In this document: piece after piece, positions 26,430 through 38,875 of the stretch
Layout: every line of letters begins with the position of its first letter
How positions within the stretch are numbered: position 1 is the first letter of the stretch
Assembly: GCF_003704095.1 (NCBI RefSeq)
Contig: NW_020847638.1
Location: 1 to 64,000, forward strand
DNA: 64,000 nucleotides
Direction: 5' to 3'
Origin: Pocillopora damicornis
Taxonomy: Eukaryota
Translations under genes and position numbers: made by a program
Notes under the pieces: model-generated
Seen by the model: the letters and a program-made list of their open reading frames with translations, nothing else
Databases searched by the model: none
Told to the model about the DNA's origin: nothing

Positions 26430-27080
26430 GTGTATTCAATATTGTTTGATGACACCGGGATTTTCAGAAAGATTGAGTGCCACGAGGCTGCCGTCATTAC
26501 TTTTTTGTTTACTTTGATTGCCTGAATTTTAATTTATAACTAAAAATGACACTGCTAGTGTTCAATAACATGGCATTTTTGAAAGTAGAAAAATTGGCTG
26601 AAATGTGGCTTTTGCATATAGCTGGCTAAGTTCGAATTCTAAGATTTTTTTAAAGAAATGTTGGGTCAGTCTCATCGGATGCGCTTTACTCAAATCTTTG
26701 ACCCTAGCTAACGACATCATGACTGTTTGCTGATGTGAAGTAGCAAGACGTGCTCTATTATTGTGGTTTACGGCTCATAAAAATTATCCAGTCGTAACGC
26801 GGGAAATGTCGTAAAAAAAAAGAGACATGCCTTCGTGTGTTGAATTGGTGAGCTTCATAAATATGTGGCAGCTTAGCACAGTTCACTTAGTGAACATTAA
26901 CAAATTGGAAGTTGCTTTATTTTTCCTTTACTACAAAAAAAAAATTACACTGAGCTTTCATCACCTTCAGGGTAAAAACACGAACCTCCATATTAGTTAG
27001 CAATTCAAATTTTTTCCTCACGATCATCTACAATATTTTCGCATGCGGTTCAAACTTAAAGTTTCCGGCTCAAAGTTGCC
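26430..27080 (+). repeat. Non-coding segment duplicated at ~35605-36250 (flank of the tandem duplication unit)
   Basis: Collinear shared blocks: ttgtttgatgacac, ccacgaggctgc.gtcatt.cttttttgt, gacactgct.gtgtt, aatctttgacc, catgact.tttgct. Confidence 0.8.
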
Positions 27081-27273
27081 ATGTACTAACGTTAGACCGC
27101 TTGTTGACGAGAACAATCCATGATTGCTTTAAAATGGCTTTCTTCAAAGTAAAACTGTCGAAATTCGAACAGAAATTGTCTCACAAAATGAAAACAACTT
27201 TGACGTTGAGAGACACGTGAAAAGACAACCTCGTTCCTGGCCTCTCTCGCTTGATTGGCCAGGCCCACCTGAA

Positions 27274-27284
27274 GGGGAATCCCC
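27274..27284 (+). promoter_or_regulatory. NF-kB (kB) site GGGGAATCCCC in the putative promoter of MATH-less TRAF-like gene 4
   Basis: aggggaatcccctaatt, identical over 17 nt to the gene 3 site. It lies ~80 bp upstream of donor cag|gtatgt at 27366/27367, with a reverse CCAAT (gattgg) ~20 bp upstream. Confidence 0.75.
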
Positions 27285-28062
27285 TAATTCGAGTTTAGAG
27301 TATGATTAATCACGAGACACGATCTTGTTGGTAGACGTTTTGGCCTCTGTAGGCGGATGTTTACAGGTATGTCTATTTTCAAGTTTATCTCATGATAAGC
27401 CCATTTAGACGTCTTTTAAAATATCAAGTGTTCATTCCTATTTTATGCTCGAAATAGGGTCGAAAAGAAGCCAACATTCGATGCAACATTGCATCGCATT
27501 GTGTTCGCATAGAACGTTAAGTGTTCAATGTAGATCTTTCCAGTTCGCAGTGAAGCGTGTATTTTAAATGAGTTTGCCCGCCGATAAAGAGGTGATAGTC
27601 GCTAAGTGTTTTCAAGTATGCGAGAACCTGTCGCTGTAATGATCTACTCTTCCATTAGACGGCATTTAAAGATGCCGACAAGCTGTGAAAATAATCCGTT
27701 GTTTCGGTAAACTGTTCATCTTGCGTAACGCACGATCGCCGGCCATGCAAGCTGAAATTGCCTTACAAGATGCTGAATGTTTTCAAAAAAATGCTAAAAA
27801 GTTCTAGATCAGAATAAGAGAACTGGTTCGTTAGTTTTCATTCTAACCATTGTAAGTGAATATTTTCAATAACATCAAAGGATTCTTCAAACGTCGCATG
27901 GTTTGTTCTGTTAATTGTTTTTTCTACGCATGAGCTGAAAAAGTGCCTATCGAAGCATATTCATTTTTTACTTCTGAAATGGCCTCTGAAGTCTTATGAA
28001 GAGCATTCCGCTGTTTATGTGAAGGACTTGAATCCCCGATTAGACTCGTGATTAATTTTGCT

Positions 28063-28113
28063 ACACTAATGGTGGATTTCATACTTTAACAGAATGAAAT
28101 CCACCATTAGTGT
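28063..28113. repeat. Perfect 20-bp inverted repeat with an 11-nt spacer
   Basis: acactaatggtggatttcat-actttaacaga-atgaaatccaccattagtgt. Confidence 0.9.
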
Positions 28114-28183
28114 TATTATAAACACTCGTGTAGTTAACCTCGAGTGATTCTTTGTTTTCTCTTTAGATTAACAACTAGTAAGA

Positions 28184-31100
28184 ATGCCTGGGTTTAGACT
28201 GGTTGGCTTTGCACAAATTCCTGCTAAATACCTTTGTAAGTCATGTGGTCTGCTATTGCGAGAAGCAGTACAAACCTGTTGCGGTCACCATTATTGCAAA
28301 ACCTGCCTATTGGAGATTTTAACTCATGAACCGTGAGTAGATTGCAATTTCAATTTTTCTTTAATTTGCAATAGACTTAACAAATCTGGGGAGGTCTTAT
28401 GATGTGATTTGCCGAAGAAGATGCTTTAAACATCTCCTAATTATAATGCATGTCATATGTTTTCACTGACCACCTCATGGGTGCACAATTTAAATATTAA
28501 GCCTTCACCACTATACATTACAATAAATGAGGGAATCATGACGAAACTACAAATGGTTACTGCAGCAATTAGATATACATCTTTAACAGCATGAATTGGT
28601 TCCATGCATTGCTGAAACAACACCTGCAAGCAGTTGAATCCATGATTCCCTGTCGACAGTGATCACACTTAATTATCTAAGTACATGCAATGTGATAAAT
28701 CTGAATTCTTTAATGTCTATACTCTTCAGGTCTTCAGGGTCTGTGAAGTGTTTAGATGAGAGTTGCAACAGACCATTGGGGAAAAACTCGGTAAGTATGT
28801 CTATTTATTAAATTTGGAGTGTTGGAATGTAATATGTTTATTTTTTTGGTAAATTTTCATGTTCTATTTAATTTTTTATTTAGAAAGTTTGCATCAGGAG
28901 TGATAAGTTGGGTGAATGACTGTAGCAAGTAGCATATGTGCACATTATACAATGCTGGGTAATTTACACATTTTCTCATCAAACGTGACCAGATCTCGTT
29001 TACTATGTAATGAGAATACTGTACAAAAATTTTAAGATACAAATGTACATTTAGCTGTGTTGGTGCAGCTACATTGTTTTTAAACCTTTTCACTTTCAGA
29101 GCTGGTTAAGAATTAATTTCCCCTTTCAATATATCAATACACTGCATGGCAAGCAGATCAAAGATGGTAATCAGAGTATAAAGAGAGAGATATAAATTAA
29201 TGGATATTATTTTATTTAACATTACATTATTGATTATTACCTTACATTATTGATTATAGAAAGTAAAGAGAAAAATTGAGATCTCAGGAGTGATTGTGGG
29301 TTTGGAATAAAAGATTGTCTTGTTGTGCAGTTACAGATCCTTAATTATTGAATGAGCATCTATTATTGGTAATGTTGATAAATGTTGGAAAACTTCAATG
29401 ACTTTCTTGTTTAACTCTTTTCAATTGACAGTACTTTGATGACAACAGTTTTGGAAGAGAGATACTGAACATTGTAACTCTGTGTTTGTACAAAGATGCT
29501 GGATGTCAATGGATGGATGCTGTCAAAAATGCAGAAGTGAGTACAAAGATAACTTTAATACTAGATAAATTAATTAATAAAATGTCTTCAAAAAGTTGAT
29601 TAAAAGACTGTTTAAAATGTTTCTTCTTTATTGGTTTGTCAAATAACTCTGATTGAAACATGAATTTGATTTACCTCATTTCCCCTTTCAAAACAATTAA
29701 GATGGATGTTTTGGAAATCTGGAGATGTAAGATCTTAAACCTCCAACAATATTAAAAAAAAATAAACCTTAAATTAACTGAAAACCTGTATAGTCACTAT
29801 TTGCAATCTGTTCTTTGAATTGATTAGGGGTGTTTTGATTAAATGAAATATGGTATGCCATGGATAAAAGGTTTTTATTTTGAAGTATGGTCATTTGAAT
29901 GCCAAGATAAAAGTTAAAATGATAGATAACCCTATAGTTGCTCTGTTTATTTATAACCTTGGAATTAATATTGTAAAACTATAGACTGAGAGACTTATTT
30001 TGCTTAATATTTGGTAATCATTTAAATTGCACATTGTGAAGTCCTATTGGCATGCATTGATTGTTTCCTAACATTATAGGAAATTAAGATATGTTTGATT
30101 TCTGTATACATTAAAAAAATATGGTGAGTGCATGAGTTTCAGCATTTTTCAGGCTGCTTAACAATTTAACAGCCATGACAAGTATAAAAAAAGATTTTGG
30201 CTCTTAAATGTACAGTGTAGCATGCTGTAATTAGCAGTCATGTAGCAAGATCATGTAAAATATTGATTATTGTTGCGTTTATATGGTTTGAAGTAAAAGT
30301 GAAATAAACATTTGGAATGGATAAAATGTTGAGTAATATAATTATTACTCATTGGGAGTGTACATAAGCACAAATTGTTCTCTTCCTTTTTCTTGGTTTC
30401 TGAATCAATAATTTAGGTGATCATTTCCTGATATTATGTCACTAATGTTAAAAACAGTTAAGCCTACATAGGAGTCCTGAACATTGTTAAAGTTAGGCCT
30501 AGCTTTTAACTACTATATACACATGTATGTCTGTGATAAATTTACATAACATTGTGTAAGAAGTATACATTGTAAAATGTTTTTAACATAACTAAAATAA
30601 TGATAAGTACTTTTGATTCTCATATTACTTTCATTGGTTTGTAGCATCATTACCGAGAGTGCAATTTTAAGCCAACTATGTGCACCAATGCTGGCTGTAA
30701 TCAAAACATACCATTGTGTGCATTAGCCCAACATCAGGAGAAGGAATGTCCCTTTAGAAATGTGGTGTGCCACTCATGCAATTCAGCAATCAAATGGACT
30801 GAGCACGCAGTAAGTTGCCAACAGTACATTCTGGAAACTTGAATGTACATGTAATTAAGACTTTAAAAGTATTAGCTTATTCTTATGAGATATACTTGCA
30901 GGTTTGAATCCTTCTTCGATACCTTTATTGGCTTAAAGGGCAGTGAGGCTTGCAGATTATTGAACAGATAAGTTTTTCCAGGAAAAGGATCCTCAGAAAG
31001 TTTGGTTGATCAATNNNNNNNNNNNNNNNNNNNNNNNNNNNNNNNNNNNNNNNNNNNNNNNNNNNNNNNNNNNNNNNNNNNNNNNNNNNNNNNNNNNNNN

Positions 31101-33656
31101 NNNNNNNNNNNNNNAGTTGAATAAGCATTTAGATGCAAAGGATGGAGATTGTACACAGATGGAGTGTCCATACAGAGAGTACGGATGTGACCATCCTGTA
31201 AGTTTAATTGTTAGTGTAATTTGTAAGTTAAACAAGAATCAAGTTTATCTTGGGGCATGATGGGTTTGAATATTGCAAAAAGTAATAAAGCCATAACAGC
31301 CAATGAGTACTTGTACCTGCAAGTAAAATATCAAAGGAACTAATGAGAACTCAAAGTGATTAAATGTAAAATGGTGTAAAAATAGTCAGTGCTCCTATAG
31401 CAACCATTCTTTGGGATGTCAAAAAAAAAACTCAACAACTGATTTGTAGAGTTAAGCGAGGGAAAGTTCCCTTGACTAATCTCTTACTGTAGTGATGTTC
31501 AATTGTTTCAATTGATGGGTTAATTTTTTTTTACTCCCATACAAATTCTTGAAATTTTTGACTGTGCTTTAACCTGGAAAATGAAATCTTTAACTATCAA
31601 CGCAAGATTAAATTTCAAAGAAATTTTCTCTTTCTTCAATTCTCTCCTTTTTTTTCCGATGGCGAAAGTAACACCGGATTGGACCAGTGTTGCCTTAAGG
31701 TTACCCTCTTCACCAATCAAATAAAAATTTGAAACTTATTACGACTTGGTTATCGCTCTTTAAATCACTCTGGTTTTTGATTTTTTGAGTTCTCAACTTT
31801 TGTTGTGATTGACTGTTGTGGTTTGGTCTTACAAGTTAGATTGGCTATACATACGAAGTGAAAAGGTACTCTTTATTATTTTCAAAGACTACTCTTTCGT
31901 AAAGAATTTATCTTTTAAAAGCCGCATTTTTCTTGGTTTGTGCATCTGGAAGAAACAAAATTAGTTAGCTAACAAAAGTTGCCAACAACATTAGGAAAGC
32001 TTGGTGAAAGGGAATTTCCCTTTACAATCTCTTTTACAAGAGGATTTCTTCACATAAATTAGACTTAAAAAAAACTTTTTCTTGGTAAAATTTTCATTAA
32101 AAGTTCTCCGAGTTCAAAATTGGCATGTCAACTTTTGGACAAGAGAACTGATTGAGGGAAAACTTGTCATTTGCACCGCCGTAAAAATTCGGCTTAACAA
32201 ATGTTATAATAATGTTCGGATATAGCAAGCGCTATCATTTTTTGAAAGATCCATTTCTAGGTTTACTACGTACATAAGAAAAGCTTTTCTTATGTACGTA
32301 GTAAACCTTGAAGTGGATAACTCACCAAAATGGGTTCTTTTCAACATAGTAAGCGGTCAGATAGTAAGCGATGCGCTGTGAAGTAAGGTGGGGTATTTTA
32401 ATTGAGAATTTGAATGTATTTTTTATTCCTTAGAGCGGTCGTAAATATTCCCATACAAATTCTCATAATTTTGCATGACTCTTATTTCGCAAGATGATCA
32501 TCTCACAGCTGGAGCTTGGGCCATCTGTGGTCCATCGCTGCTAGCTCATCATGGCGATCTCCGGTCATCGCAGTGAAGCAAGCCTCAGAAAATACATCGG
32601 CCGCCCTTCGAGTGAAAAAATAAGAGCTTCCTCTGATATCCTTCCTGATGCGTTGAGTGGAAGGCCGCATCGGTCACTGCAGCCGAGTTTTACGGCGCTG
32701 TCATCACGAGCGATCTTCATGTTCTGGTGAATTCGGCTTTCGTTCATTCATAAAACAGTCGCCTTCCGCAGTTTGTGTTCCTCTTGTCATATGGAAAAAA
32801 TGCGTGTTTTTACGAGCACAATTCGGCTGAAGATCATTGAACATTTCACTTTCAGATTCTGTATTAGAGACTAAAAAAACTTTAGGCAAAAGTATTAAAT
32901 TCGACCTGCCGAACTAAGTTTGTAAACTATCGCAGAAGGTGAACTTTGATGGTTTTGACATTTTTGACAGCTTTAGTCTTGTACAGCCTATCAGATTATT
33001 TGAACCGTTCCAACAGGGATTCTGATTGGCTTATTGTAGCGTGCTTATGAGAGTATATAGCGAGCTGACGACACTGTCGTCCGCTTTGGAAATAAAGTTC
33101 GTTTTGAAAATTGAAAGTAATGCTTGGGGAATTTAACGGATTCTCTATTATAAAACAAACGAAGAAGCCTTGACTGTGCTCTGTTTTGTTGTAAAGCACT
33201 TACGAAGCAGCTAGATTCTCGTGTTTCCCCCTACACTACTTTCGTGCTCTAACCGCTTGCTGCGTGCTTTCTAACAGAACAGAGGGCAGTCAAAGCTTCT
33301 CGATTTGTTAATTAGGGCAACTTGAAAATATTTTTGACTAGCTCTGTTTATTTCTCCTTTAATCAACTCAGGAGAGGATGAATTCCGTAGAGCTCAAGAC
33401 TCATCTAGACGCCTGTGTTGTAACACATCAGTTGATTTTCTTGAGACAGCACAAAAGATCAAGCACTAATCAACATCCATGCGATGTTGCCGACACTGAG
33501 GCCGAGTTAGGGGCCTTGAAACGAAGTTTTATCTCAGCTGAAACATGTCTTTTAAGACACGATTGGGCGCTCAGTGACCACTACCAACTTATTACGCACT
33601 TGAGAAAAGATGTGGAGGAATTGAAAGATCTCAGGTTAAAGAAAGATGGTCAGTGA
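28184..33656 (+). CDS. TRAF-derived gene 4: RING + TRAF zinc fingers + short coiled coil, no MATH domain (paralog of gene 3)
   Basis: Exons 28184-28332 (MPGFR...CKSCGLLLREAVQTCCGHHYCKTC), 28730-28790, 29432-29536, 30645-30809, [~75-nt exon presumed in gap 31015-31114], 31117-31197, 33372-33656. Exon lengths 149/61/105/165/81 equal those of gene 3. Confidence 0.87.
32259..32308. repeat. Perfect 50-bp spacerless palindrome
   Basis: AGGTTTACTACGTACATAAGAAAAG|CTTTTCTTATGTACGTAGTAAACCT, with imperfect pairing continuing into the flanks (atcca...tggat). Confidence 0.95.
33150..33312. repeat. Unclassified fold-back interspersed repeat; related copy in opposite orientation at ~56580-56690
   Basis: gaagccttgactgtgctctgtt...aacagaacagagggcagtcaaagcttc internal inverted repeat; 56593-56665 is the approximate reverse complement of 33215-33290. 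Confidence 0.6.
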
Positions 33657-34362
33657 TTCTTTGGGTTAGATGTTGTCAGTTTTCTTGTTCTTGACCACAC
33701 GGTTACATAACTTAACATCTAATTTAAGGTACAATTAGGTAAAGGAACATACTGAATACATGTAAAAGTAGTTTAAGTTTTTATTTTGGTTGTTAGTTCC
33801 ACACTTTTGGTTAGTAATTAGACGTATATATTTTTTTATTGTGATGCAGAGAATCATAGTTACATGAAGTAAAGCTTGAGTGACTTGAGTGAAATGGATA
33901 GAATTAGCAAACGGTGCGATAGTAGCATAGGAGTATAAAAGGGAAGGGAACTTAGGTCGACTGAGGAACCAGACCCAAACCTCTCTCGGTTTTCCACTCT
34001 TCCCCAACTATAGCGCTGTTTGCTATTGCGCTCCGTTCTACTAACTAATGCTTGGCACAGGCTAAGAAAATAGTTTAAAGTGTTTATAGCTTTTTAGAGG
34101 GCCAGTTCTCGGTAGATTTGTACATAATCTCGTACAGTCACGTTAGGATATTTGTAGTACATTTATTTTAAACATATTTTATTTTCCGTATGTTTGTTTG
34201 TGGAAAAATGTGGTCAGGCGCATGAAAATCTAATAAAACTGTTTGTAGTAAAGCTATTAAAATAGTCCTTTAGATGTTCATGTTTGCCGTATTATAACAG
34301 TGAAATGTCTAGACTTCGCTCTTTTTAGGCAAGGGGTGAAAATATTGTTATTGTATTATTCA

Positions 34363-34397
<35 letters not shown>

Positions 34398-35604
34398 CAG
34401 TATTATATTTCATTCATATTCACAACTAAGCGCGTCGAATGTGAAGATATATGCTTTGTCTTTTAATTGCATTGCTTTTCATATTTTTTTCAAAGAGCCC
34501 CTTTCCCCCACTTTTTTTCCCATATATGGCTTAAATTATGATCAGGGATTGCTCTGATTGATCAAAGTTTTGAATCGGGAAGATGTAACAACTTTTAAGG
34601 TTAGTTTTTGTTTTTGTGAGATGGACGAGAATGTTCAATGAATAAGAAGATCAGGACGAATTTCAGCGACGCCAAACCTGCGAAATGTATGCGAAATTGC
34701 TCATAAGAGGCGCAAAAAGTTTTGTTCATCATACAAACTGTGAACTGCAGGGTATTCACGGTCACAAACATGGATGCATGGTTATCATCAAATTAGAATT
34801 TTTAAAGATGCTACGATTATCACTTGAGAAAGGCGCAGTAAGAGTTTGCTGACGGGGTTTTGATCTTGAAATTTTGGTGTTGTCACGGGCAACCTTCCTC
34901 ATTTACAGAGGTAACCGAATTTCAAGAGCCGCGCGTCGCCAACCACCAAAGTGAAAGCCCGCCAAAAGAGCTCAAACGAATGGAAATGGAACTAGTTTCC
35001 CGCCTGTGAAAACAACACAGTTTGCTGATCTTCTGTCGCCTCTCACTCAATTAAGAATCGTATTATTTTGGTTTGTATTAAGGTTAGAGGGATTTTCATA
35101 CTTGTAACAAGTCGTAGTTATGACAACTTATGTTTAAGAGATGATATCTCTAAAATTAGGAAATGACCAGTCATGTTTCACTATTTAACAGCTTAACGCT
35201 ACCAGATATTTTGGAAGTACATTACAGAGGCTCATCGGTTTCCTGGATTGTTGGCATCTTTAGTTTAACGGATTAAAACTTTTTATTTGTTGCTTCAACA
35301 AAGTGGACTTGATGAGCACGTTGCTATAGCAACAAATAAGCTCAAGCTTCTTAAACCTTATGTGCCTGTAAACTTTGTAAACAAGTCCTATGACCCCCGA
35401 ATCGGCAAATTGCAATACCTAAGCATATTTACATTATTTTACTCAAGAAAACGAACAATAATAGGGTATTGCTGATAACATGAACGCAAATCAGTTGAGT
35501 TTAAAAAATTGCGAAACCGTTTTGAGCCTTAAATGATAACATCGCGAGAGATTATAAAGTATTAGTTATTGTTTTGCTGGGCATTAAATGTGTTATTAGT
35601 TTTG

Positions 35605-36250
35605 TGTATTAAGTGTTGTTTGATGACACTAGGATTATCACTTTTAGAGTGAGGATCTGAGAGATTGAATACCACGAGGCTGCTGTCATTGCTTTTTTGT
35701 ATTCTTTGATTACCTGAATTGTAAAGATTCACCAAAAAGGACACTGCTGGTGTTAAGTAACGTAGTATTTTGGCAAATTTAAAACATTAACAGAACTCTG
35801 GGTTACTGAGTTCCAATTCTTGGATCTTTTTAAAAAAGAAATACGGGGTTATGTCATTCTCAGCGAATGCGGTTTACTTGAATCTTTGACCATAACGAGA
35901 TCATGACTATTTGCTATTTTTTCCATATTTTACCCAATGTACGAATCTGTACTGTAAGAATATTTAAATAATACAGGAGTGGTAATGTTACCCAGGAAAA
36001 GGCTTCTATTCGCTTAACAGCAGCTGCCGCTAACGTACAAAACTAGTTTTCGTCGTCGACTCCGATCTCAAGAGGTTGCTTCTCATGCCAGGAAAATTTG
36101 AATTTGTGTAATACCTATAATCATACTTGATGTAGATTTTTTTTCTCGATTCTTTTGGAATTTTCTGTAGAAAGATATTAGTTCATTTCAATTTGCGCAT
36201 GGTCTCACTTATTCTTTATCCTAAGTTTTCGGGCTCCGACTGGTTGCCTA
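35605..36250 (+). repeat. Second copy of the segment at 26430-27080
   Basis: Same collinear blocks as the 26430-27080 copy. Confidence 0.8.
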
Positions 36251-38729
36251 GATAACATTTGCATATCCCAAGATGGATTGCGGTTTCGGTGCATGACCAT
36301 AAAAGAATTGCCCATTGTAAAGCCCCAATTATTCTCCTTGCGTATCAGAACGTTGTGTTATGTCTATTCCTAACTGCTTTGAAGGAAAAAGGAAACATTT
36401 TAAATTAAATGACGCTAGAAGGTAAGTAGTGATTTATGTAACTACGACTTGCTAGGCAACATTACTGAGTTTGTAAAAGGAGAGATTTTATTTAAATTTA
36501 AGCGAGAGAGTGGGAGATTAGAAACTGAGCTTTATTAGGGGCAAAACTCTCGAGTACAGAGCGGATATAAAAAGAAAAGTAGATTGAGAGAGGAAAAACC
36601 AGTCGATTCTATGGTGAGGGAATGCTGGCCAGCTATCTAGGTGGAAAGGAAAAATGACGAATTCGAATTTTTAAGTATTTCAGTAGGAATAGAAAATAAA
36701 AATTCAGATGTAATCTACTTTAAGCGTGGGCTCGAAGCCAAAGCGAACAATGTTCACACCTTTAAAAGACTTGTTTATATTTGCGTCTTCAAGAGGTGTC
36801 TTTATGTTTAGCTAGTCATATTTCAATTCGGTCAATTTCTATAATTTTTTTTTCGAGAAAATTTCAGGGTAAAAATCTTGAAATTAAACAATGTGTACAT
36901 GAAAAAGTTAAATGTGGATTGTCGTAGCATGATTTCATGAAGTAGATTTGTAGACTTAAAATTGGCACTATTATATTATAGATATCCTGGTGTCGAATAT
37001 TTATCACTGTCCGTAATGACACTTTGGTTACGCCACCTAGGTGGTAAGAGAGCTTTTCCGTTTTCCTTCTAGAAGGTGACCTGGAATTATTTTAAATCTA
37101 ACAATGCTTAGAAACGAAAATAATTTATGCTTTTATTTAAGATTTCTTGATAGTTTTAGAAATTGTACTCAATAAATGGCTCGTTCTAAAAAAACTGAGT
37201 GGTCATAATCTTACTTCGGTTTTAGAGTAATTTGTAGGCGGAAAAAATTGCAAAATGCAAAATTTGAGCGTAAGCTAATGACAAGTAGTCAAATGAATTA
37301 AATTTGGCCAAAACTGAGTTGACACCTTTCTTGAACACAGCATTTCGGCTTCTCTTTGCCAATTATTATTCAGTTTCTTGAACATTTTTAGTAGGTCATC
37401 ATTAACAAATACACTTGGTTTCTACGTAATCATGTAAAACATTAAACATTGAAACAGGTGCACGTCCAAATCTTCATTTAAAGGAAGATTCAAAAAGTAC
37501 TCTAAGCTTTACATTTCCGATCAACGGGTCCTTTTTTTTTTGTTCGGATATTTGCATTGAAGAGCTACAATAGAAATTAGGGCCTTTTGAAATTATGAGA
37601 GTACATCTGCAACCATGAACTGACAAAAGAAACGCGCTGTGGGTTAGTTGTATTATACTGAAAATTAGTCGCGTAGCAATCGTTTGTTCATATCAAGTAA
37701 GGTTCTCGTAATCGAGTTAAGTTAGAGGAATTTGTTACACGCTATTTCGAGTATTCTTTGAGTGTTCCTTGTCAAGAGTGTAAAGCAACAATTTTCATTT
37801 GGTAAGACAAAACACGAAAAACACACAAATGATAACTTAAAAATAAGTTTTCTTTCATTTTCCTTCCAAAAATCCTTTGATTTTGCACAATTTTAGGAAT
37901 AAAAAACATAAATGAAACAAACAAAAATCCTCCCAGATATGGAAGGAACAAATCAAAGACGCTGTCATTTAGTGCGGTACATTTAAGTGGACACCAAGGG
38001 CCGGTTATTTAAATGAGGTCTAACCCCAACCGCGGCTTTTACTTCGCAAGCAGTTGGCGTCAGGGATTCTCTATAGGAGGGTCGATTTAATTAAAAAATG
38101 CCCATCTTCTATCAGCTTTCGGACGTCTTGGCGTACACTGTTCCCAAAAAAGAAAGATCCATATGAAAGGTTTGGCTAAATCGAAGGTGGTTTAGAACGC
38201 GGTTTCGTTAACTAACGATTAAACTTTGTTTAAACAATCAAACCCACATGTCGAGAGTTCTGTGAATCCTCTCAATAATCGATCAGAAGAGGCTTTCCCT
38301 CTTTCCTATGGGAGAAAGTCGTGCAATTAAAAAGTAATGAGCTATCCTCCTCGCTTGAACTCTGGAAAGGAGGGGGAAAGAATGTTTTCATAGTCTAGCG
38401 CGGCGGTGATTAATTTTATTTACGCTCATTACTTTTGCTTCCCGTGATGGACTGAGCTGAGAAAGGTGGAGTGAACGTAGTTAGCCACAAACAGAACTTT
38501 CCCAATTCCCTTGTTTAGCGGCTATATTGCATTGGTGAAACAAAGGAACTGATTTTCAGTATGGCTGATGTGGCATCAGTTGAAAACATCGGTGCGACCT
38601 ATTCAGACAGCGATGTTAAACTTGGGCTCACTTCATTATCAGCGGCTCAAAAAGCGGTCTAACCAGCGAAGTTGAGTGATAGTTTAGCAGGCTTCCAACA
38701 CAAAACTCTCTCCTGATGAACTGGATCAG

Positions 38730-38875
38730 GCCCCGGTTGTTCGAGGGTTGGATAACGCTATCCACTGGATAATTCTTTATACGGTGGTTAACGCTGTAGG
38801 TTTTGCTATCACTTATTCACACGATAGTAATTTACCCATTGGATAGTGTTATCCGACCTCTATACCAGTGGGCTT
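38730..38875. mobile_element. Short MITE-like repeat with ggataacgctatcc / ggatagtgttatcc motifs
   Basis: ggccccggttgttcga start, internal inverted ggata...tatcc motifs at both ends, no coding capacity. Confidence 0.45.

Noticed and set aside
32565-32889. Minus-strand ORFs in the gene 4 intron as a nested gene or Crypton recombinase
   Set aside because: No recognisable motifs; likely decayed repeat sequence.
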